A stretch of DNA of 64,000 nucleotides from Gammaproteobacteria bacterium (GTDB lineage: Bacteria; Pseudomonadota; Gammaproteobacteria; UBA4575), in NCBI GenBank assembly GCA_963422595.1, contig OY730298.1, positions 612,861-676,860 of the forward strand, written 5' to 3'. Positions 38,980-47,447 of this stretch are shown here, piece by piece (position 1 is the stretch's first letter; every line of letters starts with the position of its first letter). Below the pieces are notes generated by a model. The model saw nothing but the letters and a program-made list of their open reading frames with translations. It was not told where the DNA came from and did not search any database. A program made the translations under genes and the position numbers.

Positions 38980-39788
38980 AATCTTTCTGCATTTTTTGGT
39001 AACGGCGCCTGGCAGCTTCTACACAATTTCGCGTAAGTTGGATTAAGTCCGCTATCCAGCGAGACACGCTCATCAAACACAAAACAATCCCCATGCCAAT
39101 GATGGCCGCCAAACTTTGACAGATAATCAAGAATTCCGCCCCTTAGTTGATACACCTGCGCAAAGCCCAGAGTCGCCATTACAGGCGCCCCTTTCTCACA
39201 GCGAATGCCACCCGTGCAAAATGTAACCAACGGCTTATCCTTAGGAATTCGTGTAAGCTGGTTGACGACCTTTCTCAGCTCCCGAAAATGCCTCAACCCC
39301 AAATGTCTGGCGTCGGTAAAACTGCCCAATTTATACTCAAACCCGTTACGTAAATCCAACAAAGTAAAATCCCTGTCGTCATCCAGCCACTGTTTTAACG
39401 TCTCACTCGACAGGTACGCTGGCGCGCTGTATTTTGTAACCGTGGTAGCCGTCGTGCGGTCAGCCTGTGCAACTTTTTGCAGCGTCGAACTGGTAGCAAC
39501 TAACGTGTCACAAACCTTTACCAACAGGCGCTTAAATGGGATCGTATCAGAATAAGTACTATTCAATATCAGCCGCGTAAAGCCATATGCCGATTGCAAT
39601 TTATCGATCACAAAAGCAACGTCCGCGCCACTTCCGGCAAGGCTCAGATTAATACCTTCCGTGCTGACAGATATAGTACCCTTAAGATGCGTCTGATCGC
39701 CCATCGCCTGTAACTGTCGGCGCGCGCGCCAGACGTCGTCGACGTTGATAAACTGATAACCGGCAACGTTCGTAAATTGTTTTTGCAA
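38952..39788 (-). CDS. trhO: Rhodanese-domain protein TrhO/YceA-like (UPF0176; tRNA U34 hydroxylase family)
   Basis: 278 aa. Rhodanese domain with FCTGGIRCEKG active-site loop and a C-terminal CxxC…CxxC zinc-binding tail. Confidence 0.75.
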   Translation of the reverse strand: MQKQFTNVAGYQFINVDDVWRARRQLQAMGDQTHLKGTISVSTEGINLSLAGSGADVAFVIDKLQSAYGFTRLILNSTYSDTIPFKRLLVKVCDTLVATSSTLQKVAQADRTTATTVTKYSAPAYLSSETLKQWLDDDRDFTLLDLRNGFEYKLGSFTDARHLGLRHFRELRKVVNQLTRIPKDKPLVTFCTGGIRCEKGAPVMATLGFAQVYQLRGGILDYLSKFGGHHWHGDCFVFDERVSLDSGLNPTYAKLCRSCQAPLPKNAERFCSACVNPA

Positions 39789-39850
39789 CAGAGCATAAAT
39801 AGACTATTGAGATGGACTATTATAATAGACCTGAGTAAAAAATATTAAAC

Positions 39851-40105
39851 ATGGATGTACAGGATTTACAGGATAATTAAGCAATAGAAAAAAGCATGAA
39901 AACATGAATGGGCAGGATATTCAGGATGCAAAGAAACTGCACGATGCGTTGATACATTCGATTATTCCTGTGCCTGTCCAGTGTATATACCGACACATTG
40001 AGACCGTTCTGGTCAGCCTGTCCGAATAATTTTAGACAGTACAAAAGAAGGCCATGATCACGGCTTATGATCTCTAACCAGGCTGACTCATCACCAGGAT
40101 ACAGG
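39851..40105 (+). repeat. MITE/REP-like dispersed repeat, copy B
   Basis: Contains the core AAAGAAACTGCACGATGCGTTGATACATTCGATTATTCCTGTGCC. Begins with ATGGATGTACAGGATTTACAGGATAATTAA, the reverse complement of the end motif of copies A and C. Confidence 0.55.
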
Positions 40106-40217
40106 CATGACGACGTTGAGTTTGACAAATCTCAGCCCCCGATGGATACTCATTGTATCTAAAATATGAGCCTCAATAATTTGCATAAACCTCACTTCCC
40201 GGTAACACCTTTTAATC

Positions 40218-40637
40218 ATGAGTAACGGCAACATCATCACCCCGTTCGTGAATGGGCCATTACACATCACTGGCACACTGGAGTTAAAAAATCACCACGG
40301 TGAACTGCTGGCGGCAACCGAAGAGCTATACCTGTGCCGTTGCGGGCACTCCAACAACAAGCCCTACTGTGATGGCGAGCATAAAAAAATCGGCTTTCAG
40401 GATAATGGCACATTTAACAACCCACCGGCCTCCGAAGACAGCCTGCTTAACGAAGGCAGCCTGGAAATCAAAGTACAGGCGAACGGACCCTTGATTTTCC
40501 GCGGTGCGGTCTGCATTCAGGATACCAGACAGCGGAAAATTATGCGCAAAGTAGGCGGGCTATGTCGTTGCCAGCAAAGTAGCAACAGACCCTTTTGTGA
40601 CGGCACACACGCCAAAATCGGCTTTGTTGCCGAATAG
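40218..40637 (+). CDS. CDGSH iron-sulfur domain protein (two CDGSH motifs, mitoNEET-like)
   Basis: 139 aa. CRCGHSNNKPYCDGEH and CRCQQSSNRPFCDGTH. Confidence 0.85.
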   Translation: MSNGNIITPFVNGPLHITGTLELKNHHGELLAATEELYLCRCGHSNNKPYCDGEHKKIGFQDNGTFNNPPASEDSLLNEGSLEIKVQANGPLIFRGAVCIQDTRQRKIMRKVGGLCRCQQSSNRPFCDGTHAKIGFVAE

Positions 40638-40848
40638 TCTTGTTAAGGGAATTATACCCCCGGCGTACCGTAACCGCTTGCCACTATTATGAATTGTGTA
40701 TTGATTAAAGAGGCGCTAATGATCAGCGAGCGCAAGCACTTCATGGCATTGCTGCTCTCAACCCTTCCATCCGTTCCAACGCGCCGAAACACCGAACTCG
40801 AATAACTCTGACACTTTATTCTTTCGCGCCCAACAATTGCCGGCCGGC

Positions 40849-41364
40849 CTAAAAATCATGCGTGGACAAAAACAATCCCACGCGTAAATCCTTAGTGATA
40901 TAAATTTCTCTGCCATCCACCGACATGCGGCCATCGGCGATGCCCATGGTGACGCCGCGGCGCACCACCTTTTTAATATCCAATTGATAGCTCACCTTAT
41001 TGGCGATTGGCAACACCTGCCCGGTAAAACGCACTTCATTTACGCCCAACGCCCGGCCTTTACCCGGGTTACCCTGCCAGGCGATGAAAAATCCCAACAG
41101 CTGCCACATGGCATCCAGCCCCAGGCAGCCCGGCATTACCGGGTCTCCGGGGAAGTGGCAATCGAAAAACCACAGTTCCGGTTTAATATCCAGTTCAGCC
41201 TGAATTTCGCCACGCCCATAACGACCGCCATCTTCAGCAATCCTGGTAATTCGGTCAATCATCAACATATCAGGCATGGGTAATTGAGCATTACCGGCCC
41301 CAAATATCTCGCCCCGACCACAAGCGAGTAACTCCTCATATGAAAACGTGCTCTTCTGTGACAT
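40849..41364 (-). CDS. fabA: 3-hydroxydecanoyl-ACP dehydratase/isomerase
   Basis: 171 aa. …[24 protein letters not shown]… is the FabA active-site region (His, Asp). Confidence 0.9.
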   Translation of the reverse strand: MSQKSTFSYEELLACGRGEIFGAGNAQLPMPDMLMIDRITRIAEDGGRYGRGEIQAELDIKPELWFFDCHFPGDPVMPGCLGLDAMWQLLGFFIAWQGNPGKGRALGVNEVRFTGQVLPIANKVSYQLDIKKVVRRGVTMGIADGRMSVDGREIYITKDLRVGLFLSTHDF

Positions 41365-41745
41365 ATTTTAAGCAACTTTACTCTTAGTTAGCGGCATCCA
41401 TACATGCCGGCGTGTTTGCAAGTGTAGCAAATATGGCGTCGCATGGTGGTTGAGATTAGTGCGCTTATGGCGTGTCGTATCAGCGTTGTGTTACACGATA
41501 CGGCGGCAAAATTCATGCTGACGGCGTTAGCAGGTACTCCAACAACAACAAAATCCCCGGCAAAATTGACGCCGAGCTTAACAAAGCGCAATAAATCCTC
41601 GCTATACGCGCGCGTATAGCGTTCCGGCAATTATCAATCAGTACTTTATTTTACATAACGGTAATTTATTTTGCATATTGTGATAACAATGGTATATTTT
41701 TAACACTGAATTACATAAGCAGGATTACGCGCCTGACGTAATGAA

Positions 41746-42903
41746 TTGAGGAGGTTAAAAATGGAGAGGTTTTTAATTAATGCGAGGTATTTTTTAGCGC
41801 CATTATTGATAGTGGCAAGTTTATTTGGGGTATTGGCGGGTGGCCCGTGGGTATGGACCGGGGTAGTACTATTAGGCGTAGGGATCATCATTGACACCCT
41901 CACCAAGGCGCGCACGCCAGGGGCGGGTTTCAATCGTGATGGCGACACCTATGGTGTAGTGCCGTTATTGAACGGCACCATGTACGGCATGTTAGCGATA
42001 TTCGTAGTATTACAGATAGCGTTAGCGTGGCGGATATGGCAATACGTCAATGGAGTACCGATAGGCGAGACCACCTTACTGGGGATGACAGTACAGGACG
42101 GCATCACCGGCACACAATTATGGGGTGCGGTACTATCGACCGGCATTTTTGCCGGCATAGGCATCATCTACGGTCACGAGTTGGCGCACACCAAGGGATT
42201 TAGTTTTGTAATCGCGCGTTGGATGATGGCGTTAAGTGGCAAGGCACATTTTTGTTATGCGCACGTATACAACCACCACCTGGAATTAGGGCATCAGGAT
42301 GATCCGGCCACCAGTCCACGTGGACGCAGCATGTTTATGCACTATCCGCTATCGGGTTTTGGGCAAAGCAAATTCTTATTCATGATGGAAAAGCAGCGTT
42401 TACAGCGTATCGGCGTACCGTTTCTATCCTGGCAAAACCGGTGGATACGGGGATACTTTATGGCCTTGCCGACGGTACTGCTGTTTTGGTTTGTAGGTGG
42501 TTGGTTAGGTATACTCTGTTTAGCCGCGGTATGGATCATGTCCAATTTCGAGTTAGAGGCGTTGAACTATCTTGAGCATTACGGACTGATACGAGAGAAA
42601 GGACAGCCGATAGACTATCGTCACAGCTGGGACAACAGCACCGCGTTTACCAGTTGGTTTTTCATCGAGATCGGTCGTCAGGCGGATCATCACGACCGGG
42701 GCGAGACGCACTTTTGGGAACTGGATGAAGTAGGAGCGCCCAACTGCGGGCGGGGATACTTTACCCTGTATGCGTTAGCGTTACTGCCGCCGGTATTTCA
42801 TGCCTACATGAAGAGGCAACTCGCCAAGTGGGATGAAGAGATGGCCAGTGAGGGAGAGTTAAAAATTGCGGCGCGTCTGAACAAACAGGCCGGCTACGCC
42901 TGA
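41746..42903 (+). CDS. Integral-membrane di-iron histidine-box enzyme, AlkB-like alkane hydroxylase / fatty-acid desaturase family
   Basis: His boxes HELAH, HVYNHH, NYLEHYGL and DHHD in AlkB-like spacing. Probable true start at the ATG at 41761, after a GAGGAGG ribosome-binding site. Confidence 0.7.
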   Translation: MRRLKMERFLINARYFLAPLLIVASLFGVLAGGPWVWTGVVLLGVGIIIDTLTKARTPGAGFNRDGDTYGVVPLLNGTMYGMLAIFVVLQIALAWRIWQYVNGVPIGETTLLGMTVQDGITGTQLWGAVLSTGIFAGIGIIYGHELAHTKGFSFVIARWMMALSGKAHFCYAHVYNHHLELGHQDDPATSPRGRSMFMHYPLSGFGQSKFLFMMEKQRLQRIGVPFLSWQNRWIRGYFMALPTVLLFWFVGGWLGILCLAAVWIMSNFELEALNYLEHYGLIREKGQPIDYRHSWDNSTAFTSWFFIEIGRQADHHDRGETHFWELDEVGAPNCGRGYFTLYALALLPPVFHAYMKRQLAKWDEEMASEGELKIAARLNKQAGYA

Positions 42904-42926
42904 TAACCCCCTGCTTACACACAAAC

Positions 42927-42961
42927 CGCCCTTGACACATACAGCAAGGGCGGTTTTTTTA
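42927..42961 (+). terminator. Rho-independent terminator (CCGCCCTTG-loop-CAAGGGCGG + T7)
   Basis: 9-bp GC-rich stem followed by TTTTTTT directly after the AlkB-like stop. Could also serve the convergent methyltransferase gene. Confidence 0.75.
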
Positions 42962-43048
42962 TCTGTACCGGGTTCAGGAATACCAAACAGGCGTACGTAT
43001 TCCACCTGACACGTTTCTGGGTCTCGCGTTCTCTGTTCTCGCCATACT

Positions 43049-43804
43049 TCAGGCGTTTACATCGCAACCGACAAAATTTCTACGTGCCAGCCGTGCGGCC
43101 TCCATAACCGAAAACGAACCTGCTGCCGGGTCAATAACTATATCCTCCTCATTACTAACGGCCGCAATCAATTCACGTTGCAGCTCTAAGGGCTTTCTAT
43201 GGGGACTCTTATCGCCATTGGCCACCAGTTTTTCATCCCAGACATCCGGTATGTTATGCACTTTCCACGCACCTTTCGCCCGGCGCGGTGGTTTTTGCAA
43301 AACCATCAAATACTCACTCACTCGTCTGCTGCGATATCCCATACCCATGCGCCGTTTATTCCAAACTATCATATCAACTACATCAAAGCTGGAGTCGTCA
43401 AGCCACGCTGAAAATCCCTGGCACAGATGAAACTTATCAATCCACAGGAATAAATGCCCTGATGGAATAAGTACAGTATTGATACCACTAATAAACTCCC
43501 CGATAACCTGTTCACTCATCTGCGGAAGAGAGCAGCGACGCTTACCTCTTTCTTTGCCCTCATTGCCGTAGCCCATTTTATTCAGGACGCCGCGGTATTG
43601 CGGATCAAAGAACGCCACCGCGAACGATGCAGCCGGCAGCAGGGACAAAAATTGCAGGCCATCCATCTGCACACGCCTGTTTAGCGGTAAACTTTTCGGC
43701 AGAGAAATATCAGGTGCCTTGATAGTTCGGTGCGCCCCAAACACGCTGGCGGTAGCCTTACTGAAGGTATCTGGTATTGCAGTAAAGTTATCCGTTCCCG
43801 GCAT
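43049..43804 (-). CDS. Beta-class DNA N6-adenine/N4-cytosine methyltransferase (apparently orphan)
   Basis: 251 aa. DPQY (motif IV) precedes the FxGxG-type motif I (VIDPAAGSFS) = beta-class permutation. No cognate endonuclease adjacent. Confidence 0.75.
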   Translation of the reverse strand: MPGTDNFTAIPDTFSKATASVFGAHRTIKAPDISLPKSLPLNRRVQMDGLQFLSLLPAASFAVAFFDPQYRGVLNKMGYGNEGKERGKRRCSLPQMSEQVIGEFISGINTVLIPSGHLFLWIDKFHLCQGFSAWLDDSSFDVVDMIVWNKRRMGMGYRSRRVSEYLMVLQKPPRRAKGAWKVHNIPDVWDEKLVANGDKSPHRKPLELQRELIAAVSNEEDIVIDPAAGSFSVMEAARLARRNFVGCDVNA

Positions 43805-44175
43805 TGGTATCCCTTTATGATTCTGTGGCGATACAGGTTAGAGCCGCCTGATTTACTGGTACGGGTGTATCAAAGTCTCCGCGATTATACCTGGTTACAA
43901 ACCTGTTAGCTGCCACCATACGGGCATACCGACGCACCCCGATTTATAAGGAACAACGATCATTGCTCCTTAATGCTGGCGGACCGTGTGTCAGGCAATC
44001 TTGACATAAATTCCCACGCAGACATAACATGTGGTTTGCGCATGGGTAAACTCTGCTTCATGGTTAACCTTGATAACCCCCGGTTACAAACGGAAATAAA
44101 CAAATATATTTCAATTAAATCAACTGGTTACAATTATTTTGGTCAGAATCACATATTACTGGAAAAACTGCCCTG

Positions 44176-44886
44176 ATGGTTGAGAAATTTGATCCTCGGC
44201 AACGGCCGCTTGCCGACACCATCAGCGCCACGCAATCTGTTGATGAACGTGCCTGGTTTGAGAATGAACTGGTCAGACACCGGCAGAAACTAAGACATTT
44301 ACCAACCCAGTCAGGCAACCTTGAGCGCGCGCGCATCGAGCTTGAAATCGCGCAAGCGTTAATCGGCTTAAGCCGCCAGCGGGAAGGTTGGGATAGCGCG
44401 CGTCCACTGGTAGAACTATTTATCGCAGAACAAAAATTCGAGCACGCGGTGCAGGCCTGCCAGGTACTATATCGGGCCGATCAAAAACTATCGATTGCCG
44501 CGCTTGGGCAAGGTTGCTGGTTAGCGGTTACCTACCCCATAGACCCGAATTTATCGGTGGAAATGCTGCACAACATTGTGGACGAAACCCCGGATCAATC
44601 CGATGGCGCCGCCGTTGCGGCTATGGCGGCGCACTACATTGCGGATACGCGCGCGCGCGCGCAGCATAAAAACCTGACCTTTCTCACCATGCAAGTGCTC
44701 GCCAAAGTCGCGAAGCGTCATCGCAATATTGAAGACGAAGAATCCATAAAAATCTGGGTTGAGATTCTCGAACTTAACGACATTGACAAACTATTCGCGC
44801 GCCTGGCCAGAATTCTTGATGTAATGACGGGTGATGAATGGTGGTTTGACAAAGATCAACTACGTGCGCAACTGCCCGTCAATTAA
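44176..44886 (+). CDS. Hypothetical protein
   Basis: 236-aa ORF, no family recognised. Confidence 0.45.
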   Translation: MVEKFDPRQRPLADTISATQSVDERAWFENELVRHRQKLRHLPTQSGNLERARIELEIAQALIGLSRQREGWDSARPLVELFIAEQKFEHAVQACQVLYRADQKLSIAALGQGCWLAVTYPIDPNLSVEMLHNIVDETPDQSDGAAVAAMAAHYIADTRARAQHKNLTFLTMQVLAKVAKRHRNIEDEESIKIWVEILELNDIDKLFARLARILDVMTGDEWWFDKDQLRAQLPVN

Positions 44887-44934
44887 ATACAATCAACCCC
44901 CGTAGGGGACAGCCCGGTGCCTGTCCACACAAAC

Positions 44935-45100
44935 TTAATTATCTGTAAATCCTGGTCCATCCATATTTATATTCTTTCGTTGTTTCTGTAGGCTGCACGG
45001 TGCGTTAGTGCGCTATTGCCTGCGCCTTTGAAGTCATCAATGATCCGGGTAGTGGGTTTTCAGACGGTACACGAAAAGGCCATGATAATTACCCATGACG
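44935..45100 (+). repeat. MITE/REP-like dispersed repeat, copy C
   Basis: Starts TTAATTATCTGTAAATCCTGGTCCATCCATATTTATATTC (the same end motif as copy A). Shares the …GATCCGGGTAGTGGGTTTTCAGACGGTACACGAAAAGGCCATGATAATTACCCATG segment with copies A and D. Confidence 0.55.
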
Positions 45101-45113
45101 TGTAACAGCATAT

Positions 45114-46008
45114 TCATTCACGATACATCTGTTTTATCAGGTTTATAAGTTCCGACAAACCAGAAAATGCAAAGCAATAATCACACTCCTCAAATATTTT
45201 ACGCAGGTCATTTTTTCTGGCCAACCAGCCTCCGCCATCTATTACATTTATTAACTTTACCGAATTTTCAATATTACGACCACGCATTCTTCTATTGTAT
45301 TTTTGAACCTCCTCATACATCAGTGCCTGCTCATTTGCACGGCTACTCTGGGATGACGACGTAGTAAGTGAATAAGAACACATAATAAGAATCTGCGGGG
45401 ATGCAGTTCCGGGGTATTGCCACGTCTACTTCCTTATTGTTTACGAGTTCTACTGGCCCTTTCTGGCAATCAATTCCAATATTCTGTAATTCAGATACAA
45501 TGCTTCGCTCAATTGCATGCCCATTATCCACGGCATATTTTGACTGCATAGCGTTCCTTACTACGGCTTGCAGATAGTCTTTATCCTGTAGCAGCTTTAT
45601 CCAGTCTTTTGGCAAATAGAAACTCCTTCTGATAAATTCAGGTATAAAGACTTTTTCATTCTTTGGATCTATAAGGAAGGCAGCAATTCTTCTTCTGGTT
45701 TCTTCATCACTGTTAATCCTGCGCCACCTTTTGTTTGGGTAAATAGCATCGAAAACACGTTTTAATCTTTCTAACGAACCACCAGAAAATCCAATTATTA
45801 TTTTTAACCGGTCTTCCGTATCCGACCCTAAATAATCAGTCAATACATCAACTGGCGGACGCGCTCCATTTTCAGCTTTTGAAAGCAGAGTTTTAGATAC
45901 CAATTTCTCTATATCCTGTTGTATTAAATCCTCCACCTTTGGAACGTTGATAAAAATCCTCATAGCAGATATTAGTGCATCGAGTGTTACCTTCTTCGTA
46001 TCATTCAT
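45114..46008 (-). CDS. Putative Type II restriction endonuclease, split into two overlapping ORFs (221 aa and 89 aa; possible frameshift)
   Basis: AT-rich gene immediately downstream of, and co-oriented with, the methyltransferase at 46019-46969 (10-bp gap). ORFs 45343-46008 and 45114-45383 overlap by 41 nt in different frames. No known endonuclease motif assigned. Confidence 0.4.
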
Positions 46009-46018
46009 TTGATCAGGT

Positions 46019-46969
46019 CTATATCACGTATCGAAACAACTTTTTTAAGTGAACAGAACAATATATACCTTCGTGTTTTACTGGTTTGGCCTCATTCAGC
46101 TTCTTACCGGACGCAAGCCAATAACCCCTGTCAATTTCTGCTCCGATATATCTCCTCCCCATCTGTTTTGTTGCTACCGCGGCAGAACCGCCACCGCAAA
46201 AAGGATCAACAACAATATCGTTTTCGTCTGTCGTCATTAAAATCATGCGCTCAATCAAATGCACCGGAAGCTGGCACGGGTGATCATCGATTCTTTTAGA
46301 TGCGTGTCGTACCCTGTGAATATCTGACCATACGTCACTTATCTGATAACCGAAGCGATGGCGTAAATGCTCTTTGCCGCCATAATCTTTAATGTAGCCT
46401 TTACAAATCCGGCAAGTCTTATGTGGGGCGCGCACGTCATAGAACTTGCTGTTCCTGGTTTTGGAATAAAACAGAATCCCATAATGAGAAGGTTGCAGCG
46501 TTTTCCCGAGAGGTTTGCCATTAGAGTCCCATGCTATCCAGTGCCTGAACTCGGCAATTTCATTGAGGATAGAAGCTGTATGAACCAGCAATCTGGGTAT
46601 ATTGTATACAAATATACTCCCATCCGGTCTTAGTACTCTACAGGCTTGCTCTATCCATTGCTCTGTCCAACTTATATACTTTCTGAAGGGCAGGTGATCT
46701 TTATAAGAAGAGTATTTTTTATCAAGATTAAAAGGTGGGTCAGCAAACACCATATTCACTGAATCAGTGGGCATAGACGCCATTAACTCTATGCAGTCAA
46801 TGTTATGCACCTTGTTTGTTAATGCATGCAATTCACTATTTTCAGCATGGATATTTACACGCTTGGAATCATGCTCCGGCATACATTCCGGGCGGTCATC
46901 AAAACTGAGTTGATCGGCGGCAGGTTTCATGAAATACGGTACATTTTCTCTTTTTTGCCGGATACTCAT
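46019..46969 (-). CDS. Beta-class DNA N6-adenine/N4-cytosine methyltransferase (M subunit of a Type II RM module)
   Basis: 316 aa. FADPPF (motif IV) precedes VVDPFCGGGS (motif I). Confidence 0.85.
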   Translation of the reverse strand: MSIRQKRENVPYFMKPAADQLSFDDRPECMPEHDSKRVNIHAENSELHALTNKVHNIDCIELMASMPTDSVNMVFADPPFNLDKKYSSYKDHLPFRKYISWTEQWIEQACRVLRPDGSIFVYNIPRLLVHTASILNEIAEFRHWIAWDSNGKPLGKTLQPSHYGILFYSKTRNSKFYDVRAPHKTCRICKGYIKDYGGKEHLRHRFGYQISDVWSDIHRVRHASKRIDDHPCQLPVHLIERMILMTTDENDIVVDPFCGGGSAAVATKQMGRRYIGAEIDRGYWLASGKKLNEAKPVKHEGIYCSVHLKKLFRYVI

Positions 46970-47024
46970 AATAATACCTTAACAAGGAAACCAACCCCGT
47001 AACAATGTGAAATAAAGAATACGC

Positions 47025-47143
47025 ACGTGGATATACAGAATACAAAGAAACTGTACGATGCACCGACACATTCGATTATTCTTGTGCCCCTGAAGCTATC
47101 AATATAATTACCCATCTAACCTGTAAATCATGTCCATCCATGT
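47025..47143 (+). repeat. MITE/REP-like dispersed repeat, copy D (short form)
   Basis: CGTGGATATACAGAATACAAAGAAACTGTACGATGCACCGACACATTCGATTATTCTTGTGCC … ATAATTACCCATCTAACCTGTAAATCATGTCCATCCATG. Confidence 0.55.
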
Positions 47144-47447
47144 AAATTTAAAGGTAGTCTCCCTTAAAAAGCCTGACCGATCCGCTCCCAAGCGGTCAAA
47201 TTTGTTATTTTTTATACCCCGGTTTTGCCGTCTTTAGCACCGGCTTATGTTGTAGAGCGTAAAGGCTAGTAGTAATATTCACCTACAGGAAAGCGACTTA
47301 TACATTAAAACAGGCAGCTGGCTGATTATAGACGCGAACCAGACAGGCAGGAGGCACTGCATTATTGCTGTTCATGAACAAACCAACGCTTTCTTAAAGG
47401 TTACATCTATACACTCTACTCACTGAGTGGTAGCGGAGGATTACACT

